In this document: piece by piece, positions 1 to 6,791 of the stretch | Layout of the letters: each line of letters starts with the position of its first letter | Position numbering within the stretch: the first letter of the stretch is position 1 | DNA from: a virus | Taxonomy: Duplodnaviria > Caudoviricetes | Length of the DNA: 27,136 bases | Reading direction: 5' to 3' (one strand) | IMG/VR virus record: IMGVR_UViG_3300042465_001447 | Coordinates: 1 to 27,136 of that record | Program-made: the position numbers and the translations under genes | Notes under the pieces: model-generated | What the model was told of the DNA's origin: nothing | Seen by the model: the letters and a program-made list of their open reading frames with translations, nothing else | The model's database searches: none

Positions 1-122
1 CGTTGCGCCTCGTCGACCGAGAGATTGCGTGTTGCTAGATACTCTGCTGCTAGATGAATCTGACTTGCGTACTGGTGCGTCGCCTGTAAGAGAAATTGTC
101 TGTGCGAACTTGACAGCCTCAC
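1..122 (-). CDS. DNA primase catalytic (TOPRIM) subunit, N-terminal part, runs off the window
   Basis: Manual translation from GTG at 122: MRLSSSHRQFLLQATHQYASQIHLAAEYLATRNLSVDEAQ. AGGAGG lies 8 nt upstream. The 'AAEYLATR' motif is typical of the start of primase catalytic cores. Confidence 0.75.
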   Translation of the reverse strand, partial: MRLSSSHRQFLLQATHQYASQIHLAAEYLATRNLSVDEAQ

Positions 123-333
123 TGTAGTTACCTCCTTCTCTATGCATAATTAAATCGTATACATCTCCACCAACACCACATCCGTGGCATTTGAATCTTT
201 CTTCTTCAAAGTTAATACCTGCTGATGCATGACTGTCCGCATGAAATGGACACTTAATTTTGCGCCAGCCGTGTCCCTCAGCAGGCACGGCTGCGCCTAC
301 ATATCTTAAGTAGTCCGCGATACTATGTTTCAC
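1..333 (-). CDS. DNA primase zinc-binding (CHC2) subunit, no stop within the window
   Basis: Manual translation from GTG at 333: MKHSIADYLRYVGAAVPAEGHGWRKIKCPFHADSHASAGINFEEERFKCHGCGVGGDVYDLIMHREGGNYSEAVKF. CPFH...CHGCGxGGD is the zf-CHC2 signature. Confidence 0.9.
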   Translation of the reverse strand, partial: MKHSIADYLRYVGAAVPAEGHGWRKIKCPFHADSHASAGINFEEERFKCHGCGVGGDVYDLIMHREGGNYSEAVKFAQTISLTGDAPVRKSDSSSSRVSSNTQSLGRRGAT

Positions 334-667
334 CCATTGCCTTTCTGATTAGGGCAAGCCAAATGCTGGCTGGCATTGTGCAATACCACTCGCCAACATC
401 TGACTTACCTTTCCGTTTGTGCAGAACTGTCCCAGTCCACGCGTTGTCGTTTTTAATCTCTACCTCTAACTCTTTTACCCAAGCGCTCAAGTCCATGCGG
501 ACGTGGTCTTTAACCTCGATGGTCACTCCATTCACACCGCTAATATCACCTTTGTCTAGTTGTGCTCCTGCGATTCTGCGGTCTGCATATGGAAAGCCAT
601 TAACCTTTAACCACTTGACAGCATCTGCTTCTGCTTTACTGCCTTTACGCTTGGCTGCTGTACTCAT
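323..667 (-). CDS. Holliday junction resolvase (Hjc-like PD-(D/E)XK nuclease)
   Basis: KRKGSKAE...GDI...TIEVK motif pattern in a 114 aa protein within the replication module. Confidence 0.8.
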   Translation of the reverse strand: MSTAAKRKGSKAEADAVKWLKVNGFPYADRRIAGAQLDKGDISGVNGVTIEVKDHVRMDLSAWVKELEVEIKNDNAWTGTVLHKRKGKSDVGEWYCTMPASIWLALIRKAMGET

Positions 668-807
668 TCTTGTGGCTCGTCCCTAACTTCTGTTAGTTCC
701 CATCTACCTGTTTCTGCTTTCTTTGCACGTTCTTCTGCTATCTTTAATGATGATGCACGAATAACTTTTACTTTATATTGTGAGTATGTAACTCTATACT
801 TTGGCAT
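664..807 (-). CDS. small hypothetical protein (47 aa)
   Basis: MPKYRVTYSQYKVKVIRASSLKIAEERAKKAETGRWELTEVRDEPQE. TAATG overlap with the helicase stop and ATGA overlap with the resolvase start; GGAGG upstream. Confidence 0.75.
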   Translation of the reverse strand: MPKYRVTYSQYKVKVIRASSLKIAEERAKKAETGRWELTEVRDEPQE

Positions 808-1619
808 TACACTACCTCCTCTTGTTGGTATCTAACTGCTACATCTTCTAAGTACATAGACTCAGGATTAAATGACAGAGTAACATAGTTACTGCCTGTC
901 TGGTCAGCCCGTCCGTATCTGTTTTTAACTGGTGCTACACATAGATATGTGTCATCTCCCTGTTTCATCTGTCCGATTGTAAGTACCATTGCTGGTATCT
1001 GATTGACCATACCCTGCACTGCGCTACGCGGCTGACAAGGATAGCCATCAAAGCCTTCTTTAGTATGGTGTAGTACCAACACTGCTGCGTTGGTATCTCT
1101 GGCTAGGTACTTAAGTTCTTTCATAACGGCACGCATTGCACCGAACTCATCGTACCCATCCATTGCTACATCCATTAGGTTGTCTACCACAATCAAGGTA
1201 GGACTCTTACCCCATACAGTTTCAAAGGCTGAGACTTCATCATCTAAGTCCTTGAGTGTGGGGCTAGATTCAAATGACCAGAACAAATGATTGTTGAGTT
1301 GCAGTATTTCATGTGATTTGTCTGGGTTATTTTTTAGCAAACTTTCTGCTGCTGTCTGTGTCATCTTGCCAGTCATGGCAATCAAGCGCATAGCCATTGT
1401 GTGTGCATTGGTATCTGCTGAAAAGTAAAGTGTCGGATGTTTTGTTTTTGCAGCAATAGACAATGCAACTGATGACTTGCCTGCACCTGGAGTGCCAGCG
1501 ATTACAGTTACTTCTGCTCGACGCAGAATAATACCAGCCCTTTCAAATGCAGCAAAGGCAGGTGGCAACGGTTCGCCACCCACCTCTGCTTTATTTATAG
1601 AGCGTTTGAGGGTCTTCAC
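807..1619 (-). CDS. DnaB-like (SF4, RecA-fold) replicative helicase
   Basis: Walker A GTPGAGKS, Walker B LIVVD, 'LKYLARDTNAAVLVLHH' and 'VKNRYG' arginine-finger motif; adjacent to primase. Confidence 0.9.
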   Translation of the reverse strand: MKTLKRSINKAEVGGEPLPPAFAAFERAGIILRRAEVTVIAGTPGAGKSSVALSIAAKTKHPTLYFSADTNAHTMAMRLIAMTGKMTQTAAESLLKNNPDKSHEILQLNNHLFWSFESSPTLKDLDDEVSAFETVWGKSPTLIVVDNLMDVAMDGYDEFGAMRAVMKELKYLARDTNAAVLVLHHTKEGFDGYPCQPRSAVQGMVNQIPAMVLTIGQMKQGDDTYLCVAPVKNRYGRADQTGSNYVTLSFNPESMYLEDVAVRYQQEEVV

Positions 1620-2071
1620 TTAATCTGTTCTGGAACAAAGGTGTTCCATTCAGGTGACTGAACTGTTACGTATTGGTTCTTACACTTGTCGAAAGCACCC
1701 TTAGGTGCTGGACAAAACCAACCCTTGTATGGCTTGCCATCTTTACCCATACCTTGAATTGCAGTCATCTTGCCGTGTGGACAATTGCGCCCACCAATGA
1801 TTTGAGTTGGTGCTGGTTGTGTGTAATCTTGTGCAGGAACTGGCGCTCCTGTTTCAATGATGTTGCCACCAAATGCTTGAGCAACTGATGTAACTGATGG
1901 GGCTGGAGTACCGCGTACTGCTGACTCTAGTTCCTGTGCTGCTGATGCGATTGCATGCACTGATAGTGCAATGATGTTGTCTAGTTCATCTCCGCTTTCT
2001 GCGCGGACTGTTACAAGACTACCTGCTGGTGTCTTTACTGTGATACTGATTGGTGCTTCGGTGCTAGGCAC
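1616..2071 (-). CDS. conserved phage protein with C-terminal zinc-binding domain (GRF-zinc-finger-like)
   Basis: CPHGKM...GKPYKGWFCP...KC after a Pro/Ala-rich linker. Start moved from 2089 to GTG at 2071 because AAGGAG lies just upstream. Confidence 0.7.
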   Translation of the reverse strand: MPSTEAPISITVKTPAGSLVTVRAESGDELDNIIALSVHAIASAAQELESAVRGTPAPSVTSVAQAFGGNIIETGAPVPAQDYTQPAPTQIIGGRNCPHGKMTAIQGMGKDGKPYKGWFCPAPKGAFDKCKNQYVTVQSPEWNTFVPEQIK

Positions 2072-2846
2072 TATCTTCTCCTTGCTCAAATGGAGTGGCT
2101 AGACCCTTCTGGTCACGCCACTGTCTTACTTTCATTGCAAACTGTACACCTTTCCATCCTTCTTTGATGTCAACCCATACTAGTTTGCATGTTCCTGTCC
2201 CTGCTGGGGCATGAATTATAATTGCTTTATCTTTGTTGATGTCGCCCCATGTGCCACGGCTTGCCGTGTCCACCATATACGGCATGCCGTTGGCATAGAT
2301 AGCCAACTGCATTGATATATTATTTGGATGGTCGATGCGACCTGTCTTAAGGTCAGCAATGAATCGCTCACCTTTATACTCAACAACTCTATCTGGTGTG
2401 CCAGCAATCTTAAACTTATCAAGAACTGTGAACTGTTCAATAAATAAGTTAGTTAATATACTGGTTGCTTGTTCGTAGGCTTTGATGTCTGGCATCCATT
2501 GTTCTGGTACTGGACCTAACTCTAATCCTAAATCTAACTTTTCTGTTAGTGCGTGTATGGCTGTGCCTATTGTTGCTGCCTTACTTGCACCTGCTGCATC
2601 CATTGCTTCTTCAATGTATGCATTAACTAACTTGTTATCTTCTGCTGCTACACCTATTGCTAGTAACAAGTCTGGTCTGCTTGTTAAACCTATTGCTGCC
2701 ATTCTCATTTTCCATGCCGTTAATGCTGACGCATCATCAAGACTATTAGCGATTGTAGTAGCGCGAGTATAAGCAATTGCTTTACCACCTTTGGGTGGGA
2801 CAACCATTGGTCTACCGTATCTATCTCTTGCTATTTCTGTTGGCAT
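2064..2846 (-). CDS. PD-(D/E)XK exonuclease (Cas4/RecB/YqaJ-like)
   Basis: GTAIHALTE, IEQF, AGTPDR, IADLKTG and QLAIYA are the RecB-family nuclease motifs. Confidence 0.88.
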   Translation of the reverse strand: MPTEIARDRYGRPMVVPPKGGKAIAYTRATTIANSLDDASALTAWKMRMAAIGLTSRPDLLLAIGVAAEDNKLVNAYIEEAMDAAGASKAATIGTAIHALTEKLDLGLELGPVPEQWMPDIKAYEQATSILTNLFIEQFTVLDKFKIAGTPDRVVEYKGERFIADLKTGRIDHPNNISMQLAIYANGMPYMVDTASRGTWGDINKDKAIIIHAPAGTGTCKLVWVDIKEGWKGVQFAMKVRQWRDQKGLATPFEQGEDSA

Positions 2847-2865
2847 TACTCTCCCTGTTAATTAG

Positions 2866-2893
2866 TGAGCAGTTTACACACATACTCAGGTGT
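2866..2893 (-). promoter_or_regulatory. H-type RNA pseudoknot in the exonuclease leader
   Basis: Minus strand ACAC-C-UGAGUA-U-GUGU-GUAAAC-UGCUCA. S1 is ACAC/GUGU and S2 is UGAGUA/UGCUCA, whose U-G pair works only on the minus strand. It ends 19 nt before the ATG. Confidence 0.55.
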
Positions 2894-3015
2894 TGAAGGT
2901 TTGTGCTGCGCGACAGGTCCCACAATACGGTTTATCCAGAGAAGGGTTTTAACCATTCATAAACCTACCTTCATTGGCGCTATCGCTGCTATTGCAGTAT
3001 GCATACCAATTCTAT

Positions 3016-3048
3016 GTCCCGTGTTCGCAGATGGCGGGACCACCCATC
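3016..3048 (-). promoter_or_regulatory. H-type RNA pseudoknot, intergenic
   Basis: Minus strand GAUGG-GUG-GUCCCG-CCAUC-UGCGAACA-CGGGAC. S1 is GAUGG/CCAUC and S2 is GUCCCG/CGGGAC, both perfect. Confidence 0.6.
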
Positions 3049-3054
3049 CCCAAG

Positions 3055-3095
3055 TCTAACACATAGTAGAAATGAACAAACTCCTATGTGTCAGA
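3055..3095 (-). other. 12-bp stem-loop downstream of the 3114..3551 gene
   Basis: Minus strand TCTGACACATAG-N17-CTATGTGTTAGA with one G-U pair (A-C on the plus strand). No U tract. Confidence 0.6.
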
Positions 3096-3113
3096 TAGCG
3101 CTGCTGATGTTGG

Positions 3114-3551
3114 TTACTCTCGCTCGATGTCTTGTACTCGTACATCTGGGTCGTGCAACTCTAAGTCGTAGCCGCTGACTTCGATGTTGTCCGTAATAAT
3201 ATCTTCAACTTCCTCAGGGGAGGTAGCCTTGATACCAGTAACAGTAACTGTAATCTCTACAGTTGCTGACCAGGTTGTAGTAAGTACATCTGAACCGATT
3301 GCTTCAAGCAATTCGTTAACGTCGTCACGATTAACTGTTGCTTCATCTGAACCATCATCAAATGCTTCTGAAAAGAAATCATACACTTTGCCACGCAAAG
3401 TTGCAATCTTTCTATATGCTTCTTGTGCTTCAAGCGAGACTGATTCTAGTCTCAACTTAATAGTAGCCTCACTCTTGATTAGTTCTTTGAGTGATTCTTC
3501 TGTGAAGTTGTAGGTTACTGCGTCTACTGTGATTGGATTTAAGTACATCAT
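3114..3551 (-). CDS. hypothetical acidic protein
   Basis: 145 aa ORF with AAGGAG RBS, collinear with its neighbours. Confidence 0.8.
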   Translation of the reverse strand: MMYLNPITVDAVTYNFTEESLKELIKSEATIKLRLESVSLEAQEAYRKIATLRGKVYDFFSEAFDDGSDEATVNRDDVNELLEAIGSDVLTTTWSATVEITVTVTGIKATSPEEVEDIITDNIEVSGYDLELHDPDVRVQDIERE

Positions 3552-3556
3552 TCTCC

Positions 3557-4510
3557 TTAGATAGAAAGTAATTCTAGTGCTCGTAGTTTGATGCCATCAT
3601 TGCGCCCTGCTAGGGTAGCAATACTAGCATCTTTCTGAGAGTAATGGTCAGCATATTCTACAACTGCTTGCCACAAACCAAACTCTGTGTCGCGAATGTT
3701 CTCTTGCGTTGGGCTATCTGAGTAGATAGCAAACGCTTTCTGCCGTGCGTTGAGAGCACGGGACTTAGCGTTCTTCTCACCCTTGGATAGTAGGTGCAGC
3801 GGTGCGTTCTCTATCTTGGTTGGCAATGCCCATACTTTTTTGAAGTAGGCTGTTGCTCTGTTGATGTCTGACTCACGTTGCATGAGATGGTTAGCCAGGT
3901 CGCTATACATATCAATGCTTGAGTAGGTTAGGTCAAGAAGGTTTCGCATATCAGATACTGATAGCACTGCGTTTTGTGTATGACGCAGCGTATAGGTATG
4001 TGCTTTATCCTTGGCTCTAAAGATACGATTGATTTGATTGGCACAAAACAATCGCTCAATGATAGGGCGTAGTACTACTGATGATGAACCATCATGACTG
4101 GTCTTGGCTAGCAAGAAGGCAGCATGTGGGTCGCCTTTGATTCCCATCTCTCTTGGTAATGACATGAGCATCCATACTTTTGCTCCGTCATCATACTCAC
4201 CTGCTGCTGCATAGCGAGCCTCGCCTGAATCAATTAATCCATCTAGTGAGCCAAAGACTTCAGAGTTCTGAAAGACTTTGTATTTGTTACCCACTACACC
4301 AATGACTGACTCTTTTCCATCGTGTGTTTTTACGACTGCTTGTTTCTTTGGTACATGCAAGAAGTCAGAGGTGTGCATCTCAGATAATCCAACAGTCCAG
4401 TTAAGTCCCGCTTGTTGTGCTACCTGTGCTGCGCTGGTTGCTTCTACCGCTACGCCTGCTTTAATCCAGGCTGAACGGTTTTTCTTTTCTACTACATCTG
4501 CTGTAGTCAT
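3557..4510 (-). CDS. DUF932 / TIGR03299 phage-plasmid protein
   Basis: AGLNWTV, GVVGNKYKVFQN, SHDGSSS, RLFCANQ, LRHT and GLWQAVVEYADH match the family pattern. Confidence 0.88.
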   Translation of the reverse strand: MTTADVVEKKNRSAWIKAGVAVEATSAAQVAQQAGLNWTVGLSEMHTSDFLHVPKKQAVVKTHDGKESVIGVVGNKYKVFQNSEVFGSLDGLIDSGEARYAAAGEYDDGAKVWMLMSLPREMGIKGDPHAAFLLAKTSHDGSSSVVLRPIIERLFCANQINRIFRAKDKAHTYTLRHTQNAVLSVSDMRNLLDLTYSSIDMYSDLANHLMQRESDINRATAYFKKVWALPTKIENAPLHLLSKGEKNAKSRALNARQKAFAIYSDSPTQENIRDTEFGLWQAVVEYADHYSQKDASIATLAGRNDGIKLRALELLSI

Positions 4511-4522
4511 ATGTCCCTTTCT

Positions 4523-5008
4523 TTACCATGAAGCCTGATACTCGAAGGCCCATCCTTCGGGTACATCTTCAATGAGTTTACTTACCATTCTCACAGTCTT
4601 TTCAAGACCATGAAAATACCATTCGTCATACTCTGTGCTTCCAAAGAAGAAGCCACCACCTGGTGGTAGTAGTTTACTTGCTTTAGTATGGTCTGCCAAT
4701 ACTTCTTCGCAAGCAATTTTTAGGTCAATTAAAGAACTGCGTGGTACATAGATTGGTTGGCACTCATCAACGCCGTCTGCTAATTCTTGAATGAACCAGT
4801 TGTGGATAGCATTAACCTTGCGCCAGTATCCAACTTGAATAGACACTGATGCAAAGGCTAAGTCTTCTGGGTTGTATACCCAATCTGTTGCCCCCACAAG
4901 GGAGGTTAAGATTGTGAAGTCAGCGTTCATTTTTTTATTGTGTGTTTCTGGTTCCCACTCAATAGATGAGATGCCCTTGCGGGCATAGAGATACATATCC
5001 AATCCCAT
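4523..5008 (-). CDS. conserved phage hypothetical protein (MGLDMY...YWRK family)
   Basis: MGLDMYL, VGYWRKVNAIHNWF, GFFFGSTEYDEWY and terminal YQASW are motifs recurrent in phage proteins. Confidence 0.85.
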   Translation of the reverse strand: MGLDMYLYARKGISSIEWEPETHNKKMNADFTILTSLVGATDWVYNPEDLAFASVSIQVGYWRKVNAIHNWFIQELADGVDECQPIYVPRSSLIDLKIACEEVLADHTKASKLLPPGGGFFFGSTEYDEWYFHGLEKTVRMVSKLIEDVPEGWAFEYQASW

Positions 5009-5010
5009 GA

Positions 5011-5508
5011 TTAGATACCCATTCCTTCTTTAACCTTTGGGTGTAGTTCGTATGTCATAGCAACGAACGCACCTGCAGGCCAGCCTGAAGTAAAGACTCT
5101 GTTAAGTAGGTTTGCTAGTGAATAACTAGGATTACTTTGTAGTGCCTGTGATAGCACATCTTTTGCTGATGTATCTTCAATTGAATACAAGTTAGCAGCC
5201 AATACACTAGCAACTGGTGCAATGAACTCACCTGGAACTACATCCATAAAGCATGCAAGGTATGTATTGACTACTGCAACTGGACGCTCAGATGGTAGAC
5301 CTAACATAAAGTCACGCAACTGAATGTCTCTATGCATACCTGCTGTTATTTCTGCAATGTGGTCAAAGTCTGGCGCTTCGCCTGAATCAATCTGTGTATA
5401 GATTGCATCTGTTAAACGCTTGCGCTGCTCTAACAATGGTGCTTCTTTACCATTCTCATCTGTAAGAATAGTAAGATAGTTTTGTATTTCTTCTATTGTT
5501 ACTGTCAT
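5011..5508 (-). CDS. DUF4192-like protein
   Basis: DIQLRD, APVASVLAA and ALQSNPSYSLANLLNRVFTSGWP resemble the C-terminal half of actinobacterial DUF4192. Start revised to 5508 (ATGA overlap, AAGGA RBS). Confidence 0.7.
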   Translation of the reverse strand: MTVTIEEIQNYLTILTDENGKEAPLLEQRKRLTDAIYTQIDSGEAPDFDHIAEITAGMHRDIQLRDFMLGLPSERPVAVVNTYLACFMDVVPGEFIAPVASVLAANLYSIEDTSAKDVLSQALQSNPSYSLANLLNRVFTSGWPAGAFVAMTYELHPKVKEGMGI

Positions 5509-5681
5509 TTGTTTTCCTTTTCTTTTGTATAGCGCTGGAAGGATTCCAACACATCTTGTTGTTGCTCTTGGGTAAGCATTGCCCATAGGTAGCCAAGTAA
5601 ATAAAAGGGACCGAACTCATCATCATAAAGTTTTCTGGCTAACTCTTTTACCTCTGTTAGTTCTGCTATTCCTACTGTCAT
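5505..5681 (-). CDS. hypothetical protein (58 aa)
   Basis: MTVGIAELTEVKELARKLYDDEFGPFYLLGYLWAML...; start revised to 5681 behind AAGGAG. Confidence 0.75.
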   Translation of the reverse strand: MTVGIAELTEVKELARKLYDDEFGPFYLLGYLWAMLTQEQQQDVLESFQRYTKEKENK

Positions 5682-5691
5682 TTGTTTCTCC

Positions 5692-6111
5692 TTAGTACCA
5701 GCCATGTTCTCTCCAATGCGTCCATGCAACTGATGGTTTGTCGTAACGGTGCACTATGTAGCCCAGCCCCCGCTCAATCTGAAGCGGGGCTGGGGTATCG
5801 GGGTCAAGTTTTAATAGTTGTGGCACACCAAAGGCAGAACTAGTAGGGTTCTGCGCTTTGTGATTCCAACCTGATTCCTTACCCCATAGTTTCATCAGAG
5901 CACGATGCTCAGACAAGTTCCATTCGGGGTATGCCATCTTCATAAACTGTTTGGCATATAGTTTCAAAGCACGGGGAGTCCAATGGAACTCGCTCATCTC
6001 CGTAGGCTTGGCTTCTGTGTGTGGTTGTGCGTGTGCTACTGGCGTGTGCCCTGGCAGCATTGACCAGAACACTAGATACCATGCTGTAAGCAAGGCGAAT
6101 AGTTTTTTCAT
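5692..6111 (-). CDS. secreted lytic transglycosylase (SLT/lysozyme-like fold)
   Basis: Signal peptide MKKLFALL...AHA, catalytic LWGKESGWN, SSAFGVPQ, QIERGLGYIVHRY and terminal HGWY typical of actinobacterial transglycosylases. Confidence 0.88.
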   Translation of the reverse strand: MKKLFALLTAWYLVFWSMLPGHTPVAHAQPHTEAKPTEMSEFHWTPRALKLYAKQFMKMAYPEWNLSEHRALMKLWGKESGWNHKAQNPTSSAFGVPQLLKLDPDTPAPLQIERGLGYIVHRYDKPSVAWTHWREHGWY

Positions 6112-6203
6112 CTAACAACCCATCTGTAGAGGATATAGAAAACTGTAATGATGAAGACCCAGGACTGTAATGGTGTGAGAGGGAGGATTGATATGTCATT
6201 CAT
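6108..6203 (-). CDS. small membrane peptide (31 aa)
   Basis: MNDISILPLTPLQSWVFIITVFYILYRWVVR has one hydrophobic helix; ATGA overlap with the transglycosylase start. Confidence 0.6.
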   Translation of the reverse strand: MNDISILPLTPLQSWVFIITVFYILYRWVVR

Positions 6204-6270
6204 CATCATCTTCTGTGTTGCAGACATCGCATAAAGTTCCGCATTGACTGCAGCAAGCATCATCATTCAT
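6196..6270 (-). CDS. Cys-rich acidic micro-protein (24 aa)
   Basis: MNDDACCSQCGTLCDVCNTEDDDE fills the gap between coupled ORFs. Confidence 0.5.
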   Translation of the reverse strand: MNDDACCSQCGTLCDVCNTEDDDE

Positions 6271-6364
6271 CTCCCCACATCCTGTCTGGTTCTCCTGTAT
6301 CATCTTTATCTTCTACATCTTTGTCTAGTGCTATGTCATCTTCAAGTGGTGGTTCGTAACTCAT
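6263..6364 (-). CDS. acidic micro-protein (33 aa)
   Basis: MSYEPPLEDDIALDKDVEDKDDTGEPDRMWGDE; GAGGA upstream and ATGA overlap. Confidence 0.6.
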   Translation of the reverse strand: MSYEPPLEDDIALDKDVEDKDDTGEPDRMWGDE

Positions 6365-6474
6365 TCTTTTTCCTCACAATCTCCGCAGTCTATACATAGA
6401 CCGCAATCGTCACAGAACTTTTCTGTGTACTGGTCACATGCATCGCATTGAGGTGGTACGTATGGGCCTGTCAT
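6361..6474 (-). CDS. Cys-rich micro-protein (37 aa)
   Basis: MTGPYVPPQCDACDQYTEKFCDDCGLCIDCGDCEEKE; ATGA overlaps at both ends. Confidence 0.65.
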   Translation of the reverse strand: MTGPYVPPQCDACDQYTEKFCDDCGLCIDCGDCEEKE

Positions 6475-6659
6475 TGTTTTTTAACCAATAGTCTTTCGTC
6501 TACTGGTGGTATTCTGCTAGACCTAGATGTATCTATACCACGATTGTGGCAGTATGCTTCGTATAGTTCGGCGTATTCTAGGGCATACTTGTGTGCCAAG
6601 AAACGCTTAGCATAATCAACTGCATTGTTTTTAATTATTGTTTCTTGTTTCTTATCCAT
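6471..6659 (-). CDS. hypothetical protein (62 aa)
   Basis: ORF track; GGAGG RBS. Confidence 0.75.
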   Translation of the reverse strand: MDKKQETIIKNNAVDYAKRFLAHKYALEYAELYEAYCHNRGIDTSRSSRIPPVDERLLVKKQ

Positions 6660-6662
6660 TTG

Positions 6663-6791
6663 TTATTCCTCCACGTAGATTCGTCCAGTCGCCATCATCT
6701 CTTCGAGGATAGCGTTGGCTTTTTTGATTGATGTTATTGCTGTATCAATGGACTCGTTTAACTCCGCTATTTCATTTACTGTATAACTCAC
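6663..6791 (-). CDS. small helical protein (42 aa)
   Basis: GTG start with AGGAG RBS and GTGA overlap: MSYTVNEIAELNESIDTAITSIKKANAILEEMMATGRIYVEE. Confidence 0.7.
   Translation of the reverse strand: MSYTVNEIAELNESIDTAITSIKKANAILEEMMATGRIYVEE

Noticed and set aside
2064-2846. Cas4-like gene as evidence of CRISPR
   Set aside because: No repeat-spacer array or other cas genes were seen, the Fe-S cysteine cluster is absent, and the context is replication.
3016-3048. HDV-like ribozyme (shares GGUCCC, GCGAA and GGGAC with the HDV ribozyme)
   Set aside because: There is no room for P3/L3, P1.1 or P4, so only a simple H-type pseudoknot can form.
363-3513. Plus-strand ORFs over the left arm (363, 1090, 1673, 2482, 2865, 3184)
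   Set aside because: All but one are antisense shadows of motif-supported minus-strand genes. The 2865 ORF is intergenic but opposes the operon and overlies the pseudoknots.
5909-6199. 96-aa ORF from the track
   Set aside because: It overlaps the transglycosylase out of frame; the 31-aa ORF 6108..6203 fits the gap better.
6263-6364. Pup-like tag to partner the proteasome-like gene
   Set aside because: Acidic, but about half the length of Pup and ending in WGDE rather than GGE or GGQ.
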